Source of the DNA: Tubulanus polymorphus
Taxonomy: Eukaryota > Animalia > Nemertea
NCBI RefSeq assembly: GCF_964204645.1
Contig: NC_134035.1
Span: forward strand, 8,526,451-8,590,450
Direction of reading: 5' to 3'
DNA: 64,000 bases
Each line of letters begins with the position of its first letter. The first letter of the stretch is position 1. Below, piece by piece: positions 38,331 through 49,430 of the stretch. The position numbers and the translations under genes are program-made. The notes beneath the pieces were generated by a model, which worked only from the letters and a program-made list of their open reading frames with translations, did not search any database and had not been told where the DNA came from.

Positions 38331-38991
38331 TTACGTTCTGTAGTGGGACATGAATTCTAGATCGCGATTGAGGCCAAGATTAACAGTATCACCGCTTTGA
38401 ATAAGTTTTTGTTCCATGATTTCGCGCGAATGCTTATTAGAAGTGTTCATTTTATGTAACGGGGTCACTGTTAGGTTACTGATGGTGTGGTTCGGAAGAT
38501 TGACATGTTCGCCGATAGGTTTATCCATTTTCTTGTGTCTGATATCAAATTTATGACCGTTCAAGCGTTGACGTAATGTTTGTCCAGTTTCTCCGATGTA
38601 GATGGTTCCAGGGCAGATATCGCATGTGATGGCATAGATAACGTTGGTGGAGTCGCATGTGTAGGGTCCAGTGACTTTGAGTTGTTGGTTGTTGGTTGCG
38701 GTGACGGTCGGTGATGAGTTGATGAGAGGGTAGAGTTGACATCTACACTGTAAAAAATATTTCCGACTTATGTCGGAAAAATACCTTGCAGTAGTTGAAC
38801 ACGGAATATCTCCTAGATATCTCCTAATCTATAGATTTGTTGCAGGGGCGCGTGTATTTGTTATCCGAGTCTCCTTCGGTGGATAGTTTGCTGCTGATGA
38901 GGAGTTTTCTTAGGTTTGCTGGTTAGCGGTACGCGATGACTGGTCTTAGTGGTAGTATGTTGCGTAGATGATCATCCTCTTCGATTATGGG
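38331..38991 (-). pseudogene. Penelope ORF C-terminus: linker, Zn-knuckle and GIY-YIG endonuclease (disrupted)
   Basis: PVIAYR*PANLRKLLISSKL...RPCNKS/RCQLYP...YTCDSTNVIYAITCDICPGTIYIGETGQTLRQRLNGHKFDIR...PIGEH...REIMEQKLI...GLNRD. Stop at 38923-38925 and an 88-bp insertion at 38746-38833. Confidence 0.92.
38746..38833 (+). mobile_element. One-ended CACTG-terminus DNA transposon fragment inserted at TA
   Basis: TA|CACTGTAAAAAA... with TA at both junctions. Removing it restores the S-R-C reading of the Penelope ORF. There is no matching right TIR. Confidence 0.6.
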
Positions 38992-39111
38992 TTAGTTATT
39001 AATTTTCATGTCACTCATCATTTATTTGTAATTACTCTTCTCACTCAGTTCTCTGTAATTAGTGTCAGTCTACCTATAAATACTGTTGTTTTTCCATTGA
39101 CTTTACTCATT

Positions 39112-39152
39112 CACCTGATGAAGCTTCTATACATTAGTAGCGAAAGCTTGTG
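39112..39152 (+). ncRNA. Minimal hammerhead ribozyme in inverted pLTR
   Basis: CAC-CUGAUGA-A-GCUuCUA-uacau-UAGuAGC-GAAA-GC-UU-GUG. Confidence 0.75.
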
Positions 39153-39288
39153 CGTCAAATAAATAGTTAACCTATATAGTACTACTCGTCTCGTTAATTA
39201 AGAAATGACAGTGTGAACTCCACTCGGGGTATCGAACCCGAGTCTCGTGCATAGAAAATAAGCGTGTGCTGCTGACCAGGAAACCGAT

Positions 39289-40010
39289 CTATAGTCTATC
39301 CCAGTGGTTATGATCGCGGCATTTCCACTCTCAAAGAGCCAGTATCAACAACAATTTAATTGATACTGACAGCTGTAAGTGGTCAAACTCACCATGAGCA
39401 TCCCTGACTCCCTGGACCCCAGCTGCTTGTTACTATAGTAACAGGCAAGAGTGAATAAGGAGCAAAACTTTTCGAAGCTTACACTAAGAAAATGAAGAAA
39501 TTAGCAAGGAAAAATTAGTTTTGAAGTCTTGTTGCATTCAAGAGTGAATATTTTCCGAGGATACCAAAGTCAATGTTTACATTAGAAAGTGTCAGAACTA
39601 ATTTTCAAGTTGAAACATTATATTTGGACGGTGTTTAAGCAAAATAGCAACACAGTACGTACGAATCATGAGATAATAATCAAATCCACAAATAGTCATT
39701 TGTTAACATATTTGCGCATGTCTAGCTTTGTAAAGCGCACAAAATAAGAAATTAATCCACGAAATTCCATGCTTAAATACATTTTAAGTAATTCTCTTTG
39801 AGAATATACAAGAAAAAACCAAATCTAGAGGAATAAAGAGAAGTGAATGACCAGGATGGGAAAACTTTAGTATTATTCACTCTTGAATGTAGTAGTTGCC
39901 TGACCTCAGTTACTTGTAGGGTTGAGCACATAGAAACCACAGGGTTCCAGATCTGCGATGATATGAACTGTTTGGTGCACAGCGATCATAACCACTGGGA
40001 TAGACTATAG
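39289..40010. mobile_element. 722-bp non-autonomous DNA element with perfect 29-bp terminal inverted repeats
   Basis: CTATAGTCTATCCCAGTGGTTATGATCGC (39289-39317) / GCGATCATAACCACTGGGATAGACTATAG (39982-40010); internal inverted CATTCAAGAGTGAATA / TATTCACTCTTGAATG. Confidence 0.9.
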
Positions 40011-40534
40011 TCCACCTGGTCAGTTAGTTATACAGCTTGTCATGTGTGTAACTATTGGCCGCCGAATATCGAATAGCGTTTACTGCTACATGCGAGATCA
40101 CGTAAACAATAAACACTCGCACCGTGCTTAATGTTTGTTTTATCCGAATCCTCCGCAATATACGCTCGAATGCTCTATGAAGCGTGCTATACACTGAACA
40201 CCAGTTTTCATGTTGGTCGGTTTTCAGACCATCGCCCGGCAAATGATTAGATACCCGGCATCAGATATCCAACGACGACGCTGAGGTGGATTTCGAGTCC
40301 GATTGCGGGCCCGTGGTGCGACGTCACACTTCGTTTGCAACCATAGCGCAGGGGCTGGTTTCATAGATATAGAATAATTTGATGCTAGCGGACAAAGGTT
40401 ATTCTGGGTATGAAATATATTCCCTCGGAATAGTTAGCGCTAGAACCATATTGCTGTTTTATATACAGACATTGGAGATTTTTATATCATAACAACAAAA
40501 AATGGTCGCTCACAATGTAAATCTCACAACGCTA

Positions 40535-40936
40535 TGACCGTGTCATAGGGTTTGACTATTTCACATGGCTCGGGATAAACTTTTTATCAGGTATTTGATC
40601 TTTAAAAATGGAGGCTTTTTCAATCGGGTTTAGAGTCTAGAGGGGTTAGGGTAAGGTAGGGGCTAGGGTAAGGTGTAGGTTTAGGTTTAGAGGTAGAGGT
40701 TAGGCATTATATAGGGAAGGTTTTGGTAAGGCATTAAATATATAAGATAGTAGTTAAACAGAATCAATTACGGCTGTTCGGCTTCGTAGCTGAGTTGGTA
40801 GGGCGTTACGTTTGCACTCTCCGATGTTTTTGAGGTCGAATCCCAATTTTCGTTGTTCTTCTTAGGAATCTTCTAAGTTTGATATAAAGGTCATCCTGAG
40901 CCATATGAAAGTCAGACCCCGTGAAATGGTGTCACC
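40535..40936. mobile_element. ~400-bp MITE with ~55-bp TIRs, internal telomere-like G-rich repeats and a tRNA-like segment
   Basis: GTTTGACTATTTCACATGGCTCGGGATAAACTTTTTATCA / TGATATAAAGGTCATCCTGAGCCATATGAAAGTCAGAC; right end ...GTGTCACC; GGTTAG/GGTTTA-like runs at 40625-40705; TAGCTGAGTTGG...GGTCGAATCCC at 40787-40843. Confidence 0.75.
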
Positions 40937-42329
40937 AAGTGGCAAAAGCCCACGATTTACGACCTCTATAGCGCCGGCCTCGACAGCCCGATCTGTACCG
41001 AACGTAACGGGCACGCGCAGTAGGTTTACCGAGCCTGTCCCACGGACTCTTCGTGGTGGTGGCGGGGTTTCTTGGTGGGTTCGATGGGTTTGAAAATTGA
41101 TACAGTCATTGTCCGCTATAACGCCATCCTTCTTAATGCCACTTCTTACATAACGCTAACAATTTTCAGGAGAGCCGATTTGCTCAATCTCATTCGACAA
41201 ATTCAATGAAAATATTGTTCTTTACAACGATGAAATTCTTTTTAACGCCATGTTCTTCGCTGGTGGAAATAACGGCATTATGCAGCACTTTTATATCGTA
41301 TCATATTCTGCACTAAATATATCCGGAATGTGGAATTAAGTAGGTACAAGAAAAACCCATTTCTACCTCTAAGTATTTTTGCTTCCGTCATTTCATATTA
41401 CAAAGTCTAATTATTACATAGATGGAGGAAAAATCGCAATTTGCAAAATGACACATAAGTACGAGACTTCGAACGAGAAAATTAATACGTAACATGAGAA
41501 TGTAATAAGGTGCAGTGCGGTGCATTTTTCTGAATCTCTACTGAATAAAGCAAATGACGCCTGACGACGCCGAAAATACAAACGGCTGTTGATTGATTTT
41601 TTAATTCCGAAAGAAGCTTAAACTAAGCCGACGCGTGTTGAACTCGAACGACAGCTCCCGCGATTGAAACACGCTTCCGTCGAGTCCTAATCCGGTTGGC
41701 GTGTTTATGTTTGACTCGTGTCGGGCGATTTTAGTTGCGCGTGGTTTTTTAGTTGTCGTTCTGAAAATCGAATAAAACGGCTGAAAGTGTCAATGAAATC
41801 GTAGGAAAGCGGACGTTACGTTGTCTGAAGAATAAATAGGATTATGTAGCTTTAGAAAGTCTTCTAACGTTGTATAAATCCACTTTATATTTCAGATGAA
41901 GCTCAATCGTCGCTTGTACTAATCAGATACGTGCCGTAAATATTTCTCGAGATTGGAAAACGAGAATAGAAAATGCAAACGTCATTATTTTGATCGATAT
42001 ATTTTTTCGCTCCACTAATCGCCGAAGAACGGAATTCTGTTTAGTTGAACAAACGGAATATAATAGTTTTCAAGTTCTATCGAATGGTTACGCGTAGAAG
42101 TTTTTGTTGATAAGGTCAAGGCAGATCTTCATCATTCAAGGTCGAATGAAGGCCTCTAATGGGGGAGCGGTAAGTGTGTGTCTAGGATCACGAAACGTGT
42201 TAATCTGGTCAAACAGAAACCAGCCAAGCGGTAACTAATGATAGTCTCTATCGAGATGGCTTGTCGTGTATTTGGACCCGTTAGTCGTTGGGCATCTGTA
42301 GATAAAACTTTCTAGATAAACTATAACCT

Positions 42330-42432
42330 TAAAACCGACTTTATACTGAATTTAAATGATTAAAATCTAATTTAATTTATTGAGAATTAAAATCAGTTTT
42401 TATTCGTTTAGATTCTGTGTAAGTCGGTTTTA
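42330..42432. mobile_element. AT-rich fold-back MITE relic
   Basis: TAAAACCGACTT...AAGTCGGTTTTA with imperfectly paired inner arms. Confidence 0.55.
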
Positions 42433-42446
42433 AACTTATCATCCTG

Positions 42447-42549
42447 GACCCAGTTCCACAGTTGTGAGTTAGAGTTTGAGTTAAAACTACTTCATTTTCA
42501 ATGAGTTAACTCAGAGTCAAATCTTAACTCACAACTGTGGAACTGGACC
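42447..42549. mobile_element. 103-bp PIF/Harbinger-like MITE (family C), CTG TSD
   Basis: CTG|GACCCAGTTCCACAGTTGTGAGTTA ... TAACTCACAACTGTGGAACTGGACC|CTG. Confidence 0.85.
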
Positions 42550-43074
42550 CTGTTCTCCGCGTCTCCGATTGTGATCATTCAACCGAAGAAATAAATTCAT
42601 ACCGCCGATGATACTTCTCTCGAAGATACATGCCCGTGGTATGGGGAGGATGTAGATTGCAGATGATAATCGAATTATATATATACGGCAAAAGACTAAT
42701 TGACTTCGTGCACGGGTGCAAAACCGTTCGCTTCGAAACTGACGGAGGCGTCCACGTAATTTCATTCAAAACATCATTGACCGCCCGTTGTTTATTGGAG
42801 ATGCTAATATGCTAGGAGAGGTGATCGGTCAAAAGTGAATGATTTATTGCTTATTATTCTACGCGAAACGGCTCTAATGAAAATCAATTTGACGGCCGGA
42901 ACCGAGCACACGCCGAATCATCCCGCCCGATTCCTTGATAGATGACGACGTTTTAGATTTGATATACCGCGACCTCACGGTCAAAAACGTCAAGTGCGGC
43001 ATTATTTTTTTGCCGGAATGCCTGATATCTCACTCAGGTATCCAGAATGATGACTTTTTAGTCTGAATTATTGT

Positions 43075-43412
43075 ATAATAATTAAGAAGTGACAGTGAAA
43101 TTACGTGAACAAATTGGGGTTCGAACCCGGGTCAAGTACGTGTTAGATCAATGTTCTGTGGGTTATGCATGCTCGCCATGTATGCACTCCACTCTAATTT
43201 CGGCTATCCTTTTATCGTTTTTTATCCTGTTGCCCATGCAGGATGGGGTATTACCGGAATCAATTCGGGTTCTCAAACAATGTAACAATTAAGAGAAGCG
43301 ACAGTGAAATTACGCGCACACTCACCGGGGATCGAACCCGGGTTTCGTACGCGGCAAGCAACATACAGTAGACCGGTTGAGTACTATAATACACTTGGTC
43401 AGCGGTTATACA
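43075..43412 (-). mobile_element. Two tandem partial copies of tRNA-related family F
   Basis: AATTAAGA...GACAGTGAAATTACG...GGGG.TCGAACCCGGG occurs twice (minus-strand B-box CCCGGGTTCGA.CCCC). Confidence 0.7.
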
Positions 43413-44759
43413 GAACTCTTATTCGTTCGCGTGATTTAAGCAGAATATCCACGCAGAATCTGTGTTATTAACATGTTTGCGTATGAATGAATACCATAGT
43501 CGGCAAGTCGGGTAAAAATTAACTTCGAGAGATTTTGTGTCGAAGATGAAAGATTAGATGACCCTCAGATACGAGGCCTGCCGCTGCGCATATTAACAAC
43601 CTTGTTACCTCCAATTCGGTAATTCGGTCAATCGTTCAGGCGAACGCGGATTGTTGTCAAGAACCGCGGGAGTCACGGTGGAGAGATGGCAAATAGAAAG
43701 CTTTTTCCTCCTTCAAATTCAAAAGCTTTTTCGGTTTGCCGCGTTGTAATTATTTCCGAGTACAGGTATACACGTATCAGAGCTCGAGAGAAGTAGGTTG
43801 GATAATCATTTGGCTTGAATAATAATTATCACCGTCTCGTAGTTTTTCATTCCTTTTATCGCTAGTTTCTTAAGCTTTTTTTTCATATAAGCAACACGCT
43901 GAATACTTCGTCGCAAATGAGAATATCCTCATCATCTTGCGCGACTTGCCAAAGCGAATGCGCGGCTTATTTACGTTTAGCCCGTGATATAAGACGGTAT
44001 TACCATACTTCGCGGGCGGTAGTAGCCAGGCTTCCTCACCTTGACCGAACACACTGAGGATAAAAGCATCAAAGCTGGGGAAGGAATGAATCTCTTTAGG
44101 AGGATTTTTCGTCGCCTGTGATTAATCATGCGCCCTTTCCACAGGTTAAGACGTATTGAGACGTGCTTCAAAATTTCATAGTCGTCATATGCATGATCAT
44201 CATGATCATCAAAAATCTGGAGAAAACTCCATACATATTAGGGACGAAATGTAACGCTTCGAAGGTGTAGAAGTGCATGAACATAGTTTTTACTATAAGA
44301 CCTGTTACAGGATACTATATGCAGATCTTTTTCAAGTTTAGCTGCCTAGTACGCTGGGCTGAAAGTCGTTTGTAATCAAACTGATTTGAAATTCTTACTT
44401 TAGCTTTTTTTCTAATAGTTTTTTTTTTCATTTTCACTCAAGGAAATGGGGGCCGATTCGAGTTTGTTAAAAATGATTTTTACTTAAGAATGCGTAAGTT
44501 TCAACGCGACGTTAAAACGAAAAGCACAAATGTAAAAATAAAATTGGAGAAGATTATATGGAGTGTCATATTATTGTTATGTTTCACCATAATACAGTCT
44601 GTATGTTCAGTACTCCCGCGTTCAAATATCCATAATAGGTGGATAGCCAGCTTGTTTGTTTTTTTTGTACTACCGTTATATCTATTTCACGGCAGAACAA
44701 CAAAAATCAGGAGAAAAATAATAGATTATTCAAAACCGAAAGAATGGTGCATATTTACG

Positions 44760-44880
44760 AATATTGCAGCTCGCCTTTCTTTGTGGGCCTCGCAAAGCCA
44801 TTAAAGGCCGCTAACGCAAGCACCCGATGAAAGAGAGAGAATAAAGAAAAAAAAGAAAAACAGTGAAAAGAGAAGACATG
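44760..44880 (-). mobile_element. Family F hairpin-end fragment
   Basis: GGGCCTCGCAAAGCCATTAAAGGCCGCTAACGCA followed by a GA-rich tract, as at 37812. Confidence 0.75.
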
Positions 44881-46436
44881 ATTATAGCTTCCTAAGAAAT
44901 AATTAGATAATTAAATAATTAGAAATAAGTAGATCGGTATTTTTGTGATATCATCATTATGCGGATATGAATTTACTAAAACCATACGCCCGGAGGTAAA
45001 TGAATATAGACAAAAATGGAAATGAATCACTGGACTCGCCAGCCATATGTCACGTTGGTGGCACTCGCGACATCCTCCTCTGACAGTTTGACACGTTAAT
45101 TCCGTCCTCCGCGTAAGCAATGCGACAGTATCGTCTTATCTACAGTGTTATTCCGTAACGCGTGCGACCTTTCTCTGCCCGCCGCCTTCTGCCGACACAA
45201 CAAACACATCGGACACGGGTTAATCAGGCGGAAAGTGATATATCATGGTGTAATTCGTGTGACGCACGCGAAAGATTATAGAAAAACAGGAAAACAACTA
45301 CAAAAAGTTCAATAAAGAATCTCGACGTTAATGCGAGCGGGTGGTGTAACCCGCTTATTAAAAAAGTAATTGGTTCCATCACTCCCGATCCTCAAAAGAA
45401 CCAAACTTCTTGATATAATAATTGCTACATTATAAGTGTTTGTTGTTCTTCCTTTTTCTGATACCTTTTCAACTAGAGCCCGCTTTCGGTTGGCGCTGCA
45501 TGAAACAAACTATACGTTATGAAATAAGAGTTTATAAAACGTTGAAAAACTGAAAAATGGAAAAAAGAGCGTTATTGGAGAGATAGGGTACGGACTATAT
45601 GATTTAAGGGGTGCAAGACCTGTTACTGATTTGGACGTATCGATTTACTCGCTATTGAAAAACGTTAGAATTGATTATACGTGCAGGCATCAAAATACCC
45701 AATTTGCGTAGCCTTGACCTTTCGCACGTACGCCGCGCAGCAAGTCAATTACAGAGAAAGGCTCCTAGAACAACAATTCAATTTCTCTTCTTACCAAACA
45801 AACCCATTCTTCATTACTCGGATCTAATCGAATTAAGAAAATTAGATTTACTCAGTAGAAAAGGGAGCTGTTGTCGAGAGTGAAACGCCGTTATAAGCCT
45901 CGACTTCAACCAAATAGCGCGCGTATTAATATTTAAATAACGTTTTATTTCACTACTCGCCGAATTACGTTGTCAAACGCACGATCTCAGACACGTTCCG
46001 CGCTGCGAGTTGTCATCCGTGAAAAAACTCGCCACAAAGCATTCGACGACGACGCGCGCCTCGATTTTAAAGCTCACGATATCAAATTCAATTCTTGCCA
46101 ATATTTCCGCGGTTTAAGTAAATTACACTCGACAAAATTCTCGCAAGTAAAGCGATAGCGCCGACGACGTACTCTCGGGGATGGAATTGGTGATCGTGAT
46201 GCGATTTGCAGACGACACTTTTTGAAAAGTCGCGACGCAAAGTTCGATCGATTTTGCAACGCGATTCGCCATTAAACGAATGAGGTTTTATTTCATGTAA
46301 AACGATTTTCCTGCCACCAGTTTTCATTAATACAGGCACATTTCAAAAACCGCACATGATAAACTATAACAGCATGTAATTGAATTACTTGGACCGTGGC
46401 CGCATAAACTAGATGTATACCAAAAAGATGGTTTAC

Positions 46437-46660
46437 CTGACGACGAAAAACCGAAAATTCAGATTTTCAATACATTTTTTACATCACAAATTAATCATTA
46501 GGTATTTCGGCTTCGTGCTTGTGGGACTTATATTTTTCTTTTCTGTCGTAAGTCATTTAACTTTAAACTCGTGGTAGCGTTCCCAGTTTTCACTTGTTAA
46601 GAATAAAGTTAAATGATGTATTGTATGCCTGATGATGGCTATAGCTGAAACGCCAATTGA
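46437..46660 (+). mobile_element. Two decayed minimal hammerhead/pLTR remnants
   Basis: CTGACGA-CG..CC-GAAA (46437) with a downstream TGTGGGACTT tail, and CTGATGA-T-GGCTATAGCT-GAAAC-GCC (46629-46654). Confidence 0.4.
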
Positions 46661-47994
46661 TGATATATTCACTTACTACAGATATTTCCATCATTTGCTG
46701 GATGTATTGCGGGGATATATTACGTATTCAAGCCAATATTGAAAAGTTGCAAAAAAATAAAACATAAAGATGAATTTAAAGCTGTTGTTGCAGCGAGATT
46801 TTCGTGCGTATACAGCACGCTCCCGGGGATGTGCTATTTTCACTTATATAGAATGGCACGCAAAGATAATGTTCTCTCATGAATTGAATAGGGAAGTTTC
46901 CAGTTACAAGGCGCCATTTTGAGACGGTCCCAAAGGTCGGACACAGTGACAGTTTTAGAAAAGTACGTCATTATGTAGGAAGGCGCGTCAAAAATTGGTA
47001 TTTCATGATTTGAGATACAATGTAGAATTTCTTGCCAAAGTTCTAGATTTATCCGAGGATTTTGTTGATATTGCATTCATACAATTACTTCCATGGAAAC
47101 GCGCGTGGTCACCGGTTGCGTTAAAGCGCAAAGCGCAAAGCGCGAGTGGTTGACCGTCGGTTTCTAACCAATATAAAACTATGTGAAGCTGACCCATGTT
47201 GAGCTTGATCTTTTAGTCATAGTTCGTTTTCGGTCGGTCTGTCTAGTAGGCATGGGTGCCGTGTCTCAACCGAAAACAAATTATTCGATTCTTTTGCAAA
47301 CACCCTCCGGCTACTCCTCTATCTAGTGGCCCATTACCTCGACGGTAAAAGTACTATTCGATTTCTTCTTAAGACCCTCGGCTAATACCGGTAATGTAAT
47401 GACGTTTTTCTTTTTCGCGCGTGGATCGTTTTTATAGGAGAAATTGTCGTTTAGATTTTGTAGCGGCGGTTCAGATCAGCTCCGTCATCCCGCAACGCGC
47501 TTTTACGGCTCTACTTTTAACATCCGGCAGAGGAGCAAGTTCGCTTTAGCGCGCAATGAATTCGATTACCTCGTGACACGACCCGCTATCGTATGAATTC
47601 GATTATTACAACCTATTACCAGATCGTCGTCTCAACGTTGTCGCGCGGCGTTTAGAATGGCGGCGGCCAGGCATCGTCTGCGAAATTCTCAGAAAACCCG
47701 TCCGTAAAAACGATGGCGTAAATGAAATTCGGCGCGAACGCTTGGAATTGACCTTTCATCAGCTTATAGGTTTTTTCATGTAGGTTTTTTATTTGGTGGG
47801 ATAGAAAATATCTATTAGAACATGTTCTCAGAGGAGTTGTGTCAACCTGGTAAAACGTGAATGCAGATAGTACTTTGTAGATTGACTGCCTTTGTAACTA
47901 ATGTATTAACCAGTAGTTTTAGTAGCTTTATCAGGTAAATGATTAATTTAGGCTGAAAATAGGCCTAGTAAATTTCGTTTGATTTTTCGATTGA

Positions 47995-48235
47995 GTTTCC
48001 CTCACCACATCTGGCGGGAGCGAAACAGGGGTTTGATTTTGAAATCGGAAATCGAAGTACAGATATAGTTGTGTGATCGGCGGAGTTTACAGAATCTTTT
48101 TTTTCAAATCGAAGTACATAATTGGGAAATTCGGTTCTATAATCTTTAACGAAACGTTGAATCGATACATTATTAGCTCGGAAGGAAACTTTTCGTATCT
48201 TCATCGTTTTATCAGTGTGGGATTCTCCATACATC
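47995..48235 (+). mobile_element. Family D segment contiguous with P2 pLTR tail
   Basis: 47995-48150 is the inverse of 3797-3960 and runs directly into GAAACGTTGAAT...GAAACTTTTCG...GTGTGGGATTCTC (P2 tail). Confidence 0.7.
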
Positions 48236-48382
48236 GTTACAATAATGTTTCACCAATGGTTTAGATAATCTCTATCGTTGACTCTAAGATATTTTCTGGA
48301 TATCGTCTGCAAAATATAACGTTGTTCCATCGGGAAATCGACGGCGAACCTAATCAAATGGGCATAAGTTTGCACAAAATCT

Positions 48383-48655
48383 GTACTTTACTTTACTTTA
48401 TTTGACAAACTCTAGGTCTTACTATTACAAAGAGTGATATATACAGTACATAAAAAGATACATTATATGCGACGTGCAGTAGGTAGATACATAATTAACT
48501 ATTGGTTTACACGCGAGCTATTTTCAAGGACAAGTGAAAAATCTCATAATTTTACCAATGAAAATACACAATATACGAAGTTCGGCTCTGTCTTTGGTTT
48601 GCATTAATAACGTATGTTTGAAAAGGTTGGGGTTCGTATAAAATCTGCTGTCTAG
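48383..48655 (-). mobile_element. RTE-X-like LINE 3' end
   Basis: Minus strand DSRFYTNPNLFKHTLLMQTKDRAELRILCIFIGKIMRFF (typical ORF2 terminus), then UTR and AATAAA(GTAAA)n tail. Confidence 0.6.
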
Positions 48656-48855
48656 ATATAATTCCCTACTATCATGTAGGGAATTATATTACACTAATGA
48701 TATTATTACTATTATTACTAATTATATTACACTAATTATGTACAGTTGAAAAGGTAGTGAAAAATAGCTACATTTCAACGGTTCGTTATTTCAATGTCCA
48801 GACGCAGAATCAGGGTGGCATTTTAATTGGGCGGCATAGCTATGGTTAATCAAGC

Positions 48856-48965
48856 ATTATTATTATAATTACTGATTATAATTATTGTTATTATTATTAT
48901 AATCATCATCATCATTATCATTATTATTACTGATTATGATTATTGTTATTATCAATTATTTCATT
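48856..48965. repeat. Degenerate (ATT/ATC)n low-complexity tract
   Basis: Mixed ATT/ATC triplets. Confidence 0.9.
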
Positions 48966-49430
48966 CATCATTCACCATTCAGAATTCATATTCACATTCA
49001 ATTGGCCCCTTGTAAAAAAAAGTATTTTTTCAGAAATTACGTGCCGAGGAAAATATTCGCGGCACACAACATCCCGGTGTTGTCACCTTCTCAATTCGCC
49101 TCTAACCCATATCGGTAATTGAATTCACGGACATGCTGTCGCGGAATAGGTATCGTCTGCAATTAGATAACGCCCTTCTAAACACGATCAAAGTATTCAT
49201 TGGATTGGGTTGTATTTCATTTTACGGTGTAATACCTCGCAGATTGCCTCGTTGTCGGAGATGAATTTCCGTTTTCAATTTCTCGATATTTTCGTGACGT
49301 TGCACACCGTCGCAACGTTTAGCAGACTTGGTACATACACAAAGTGAACACAAGTGGATCGAATACAATTCTAGAGCGAAATATAACATAATAAGGGAAC
49401 AGAGGATTAAATGCTGTAAATAACGTGTTG

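Larger units (their letters stand above)
37913..39197 (-). mobile_element. 5'-truncated Penelope-like element (Neptune type) with inverted pLTR
   Basis: GIY-YIG coding remnant; 3' pLTR ending GTTAACACGGCTAC; ~205-bp inverted repeat 37956-38159 / 38992-39196; 13-bp flanking duplication TTAAGAAATGACA (37900-37912, 39198-39210). Confidence 0.93.
37788..40033 (-). mobile_element. tRNA-related interspersed repeat (family F; SINE-like or Helentron/HINE-like), split by two insertions
   Basis: The pieces 37788-37912, 39211-39288 and 40011-40033 rejoin into a unit. The right part matches 43288-43412 (minus-strand B-box GGGTTCGAT.CCC); the left part matches 44760 and 52415 (GGCC.CGCAAAGCC....AGGCCGCTA hairpin). 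Confidence 0.7.

Noticed and set aside
40783-40845. tRNA gene candidates (also 43330, 6245, 62960)
   Set aside because: Only A/B boxes or T-arms are present; there is no complete cloverleaf, and all lie within repeats or hairpins.
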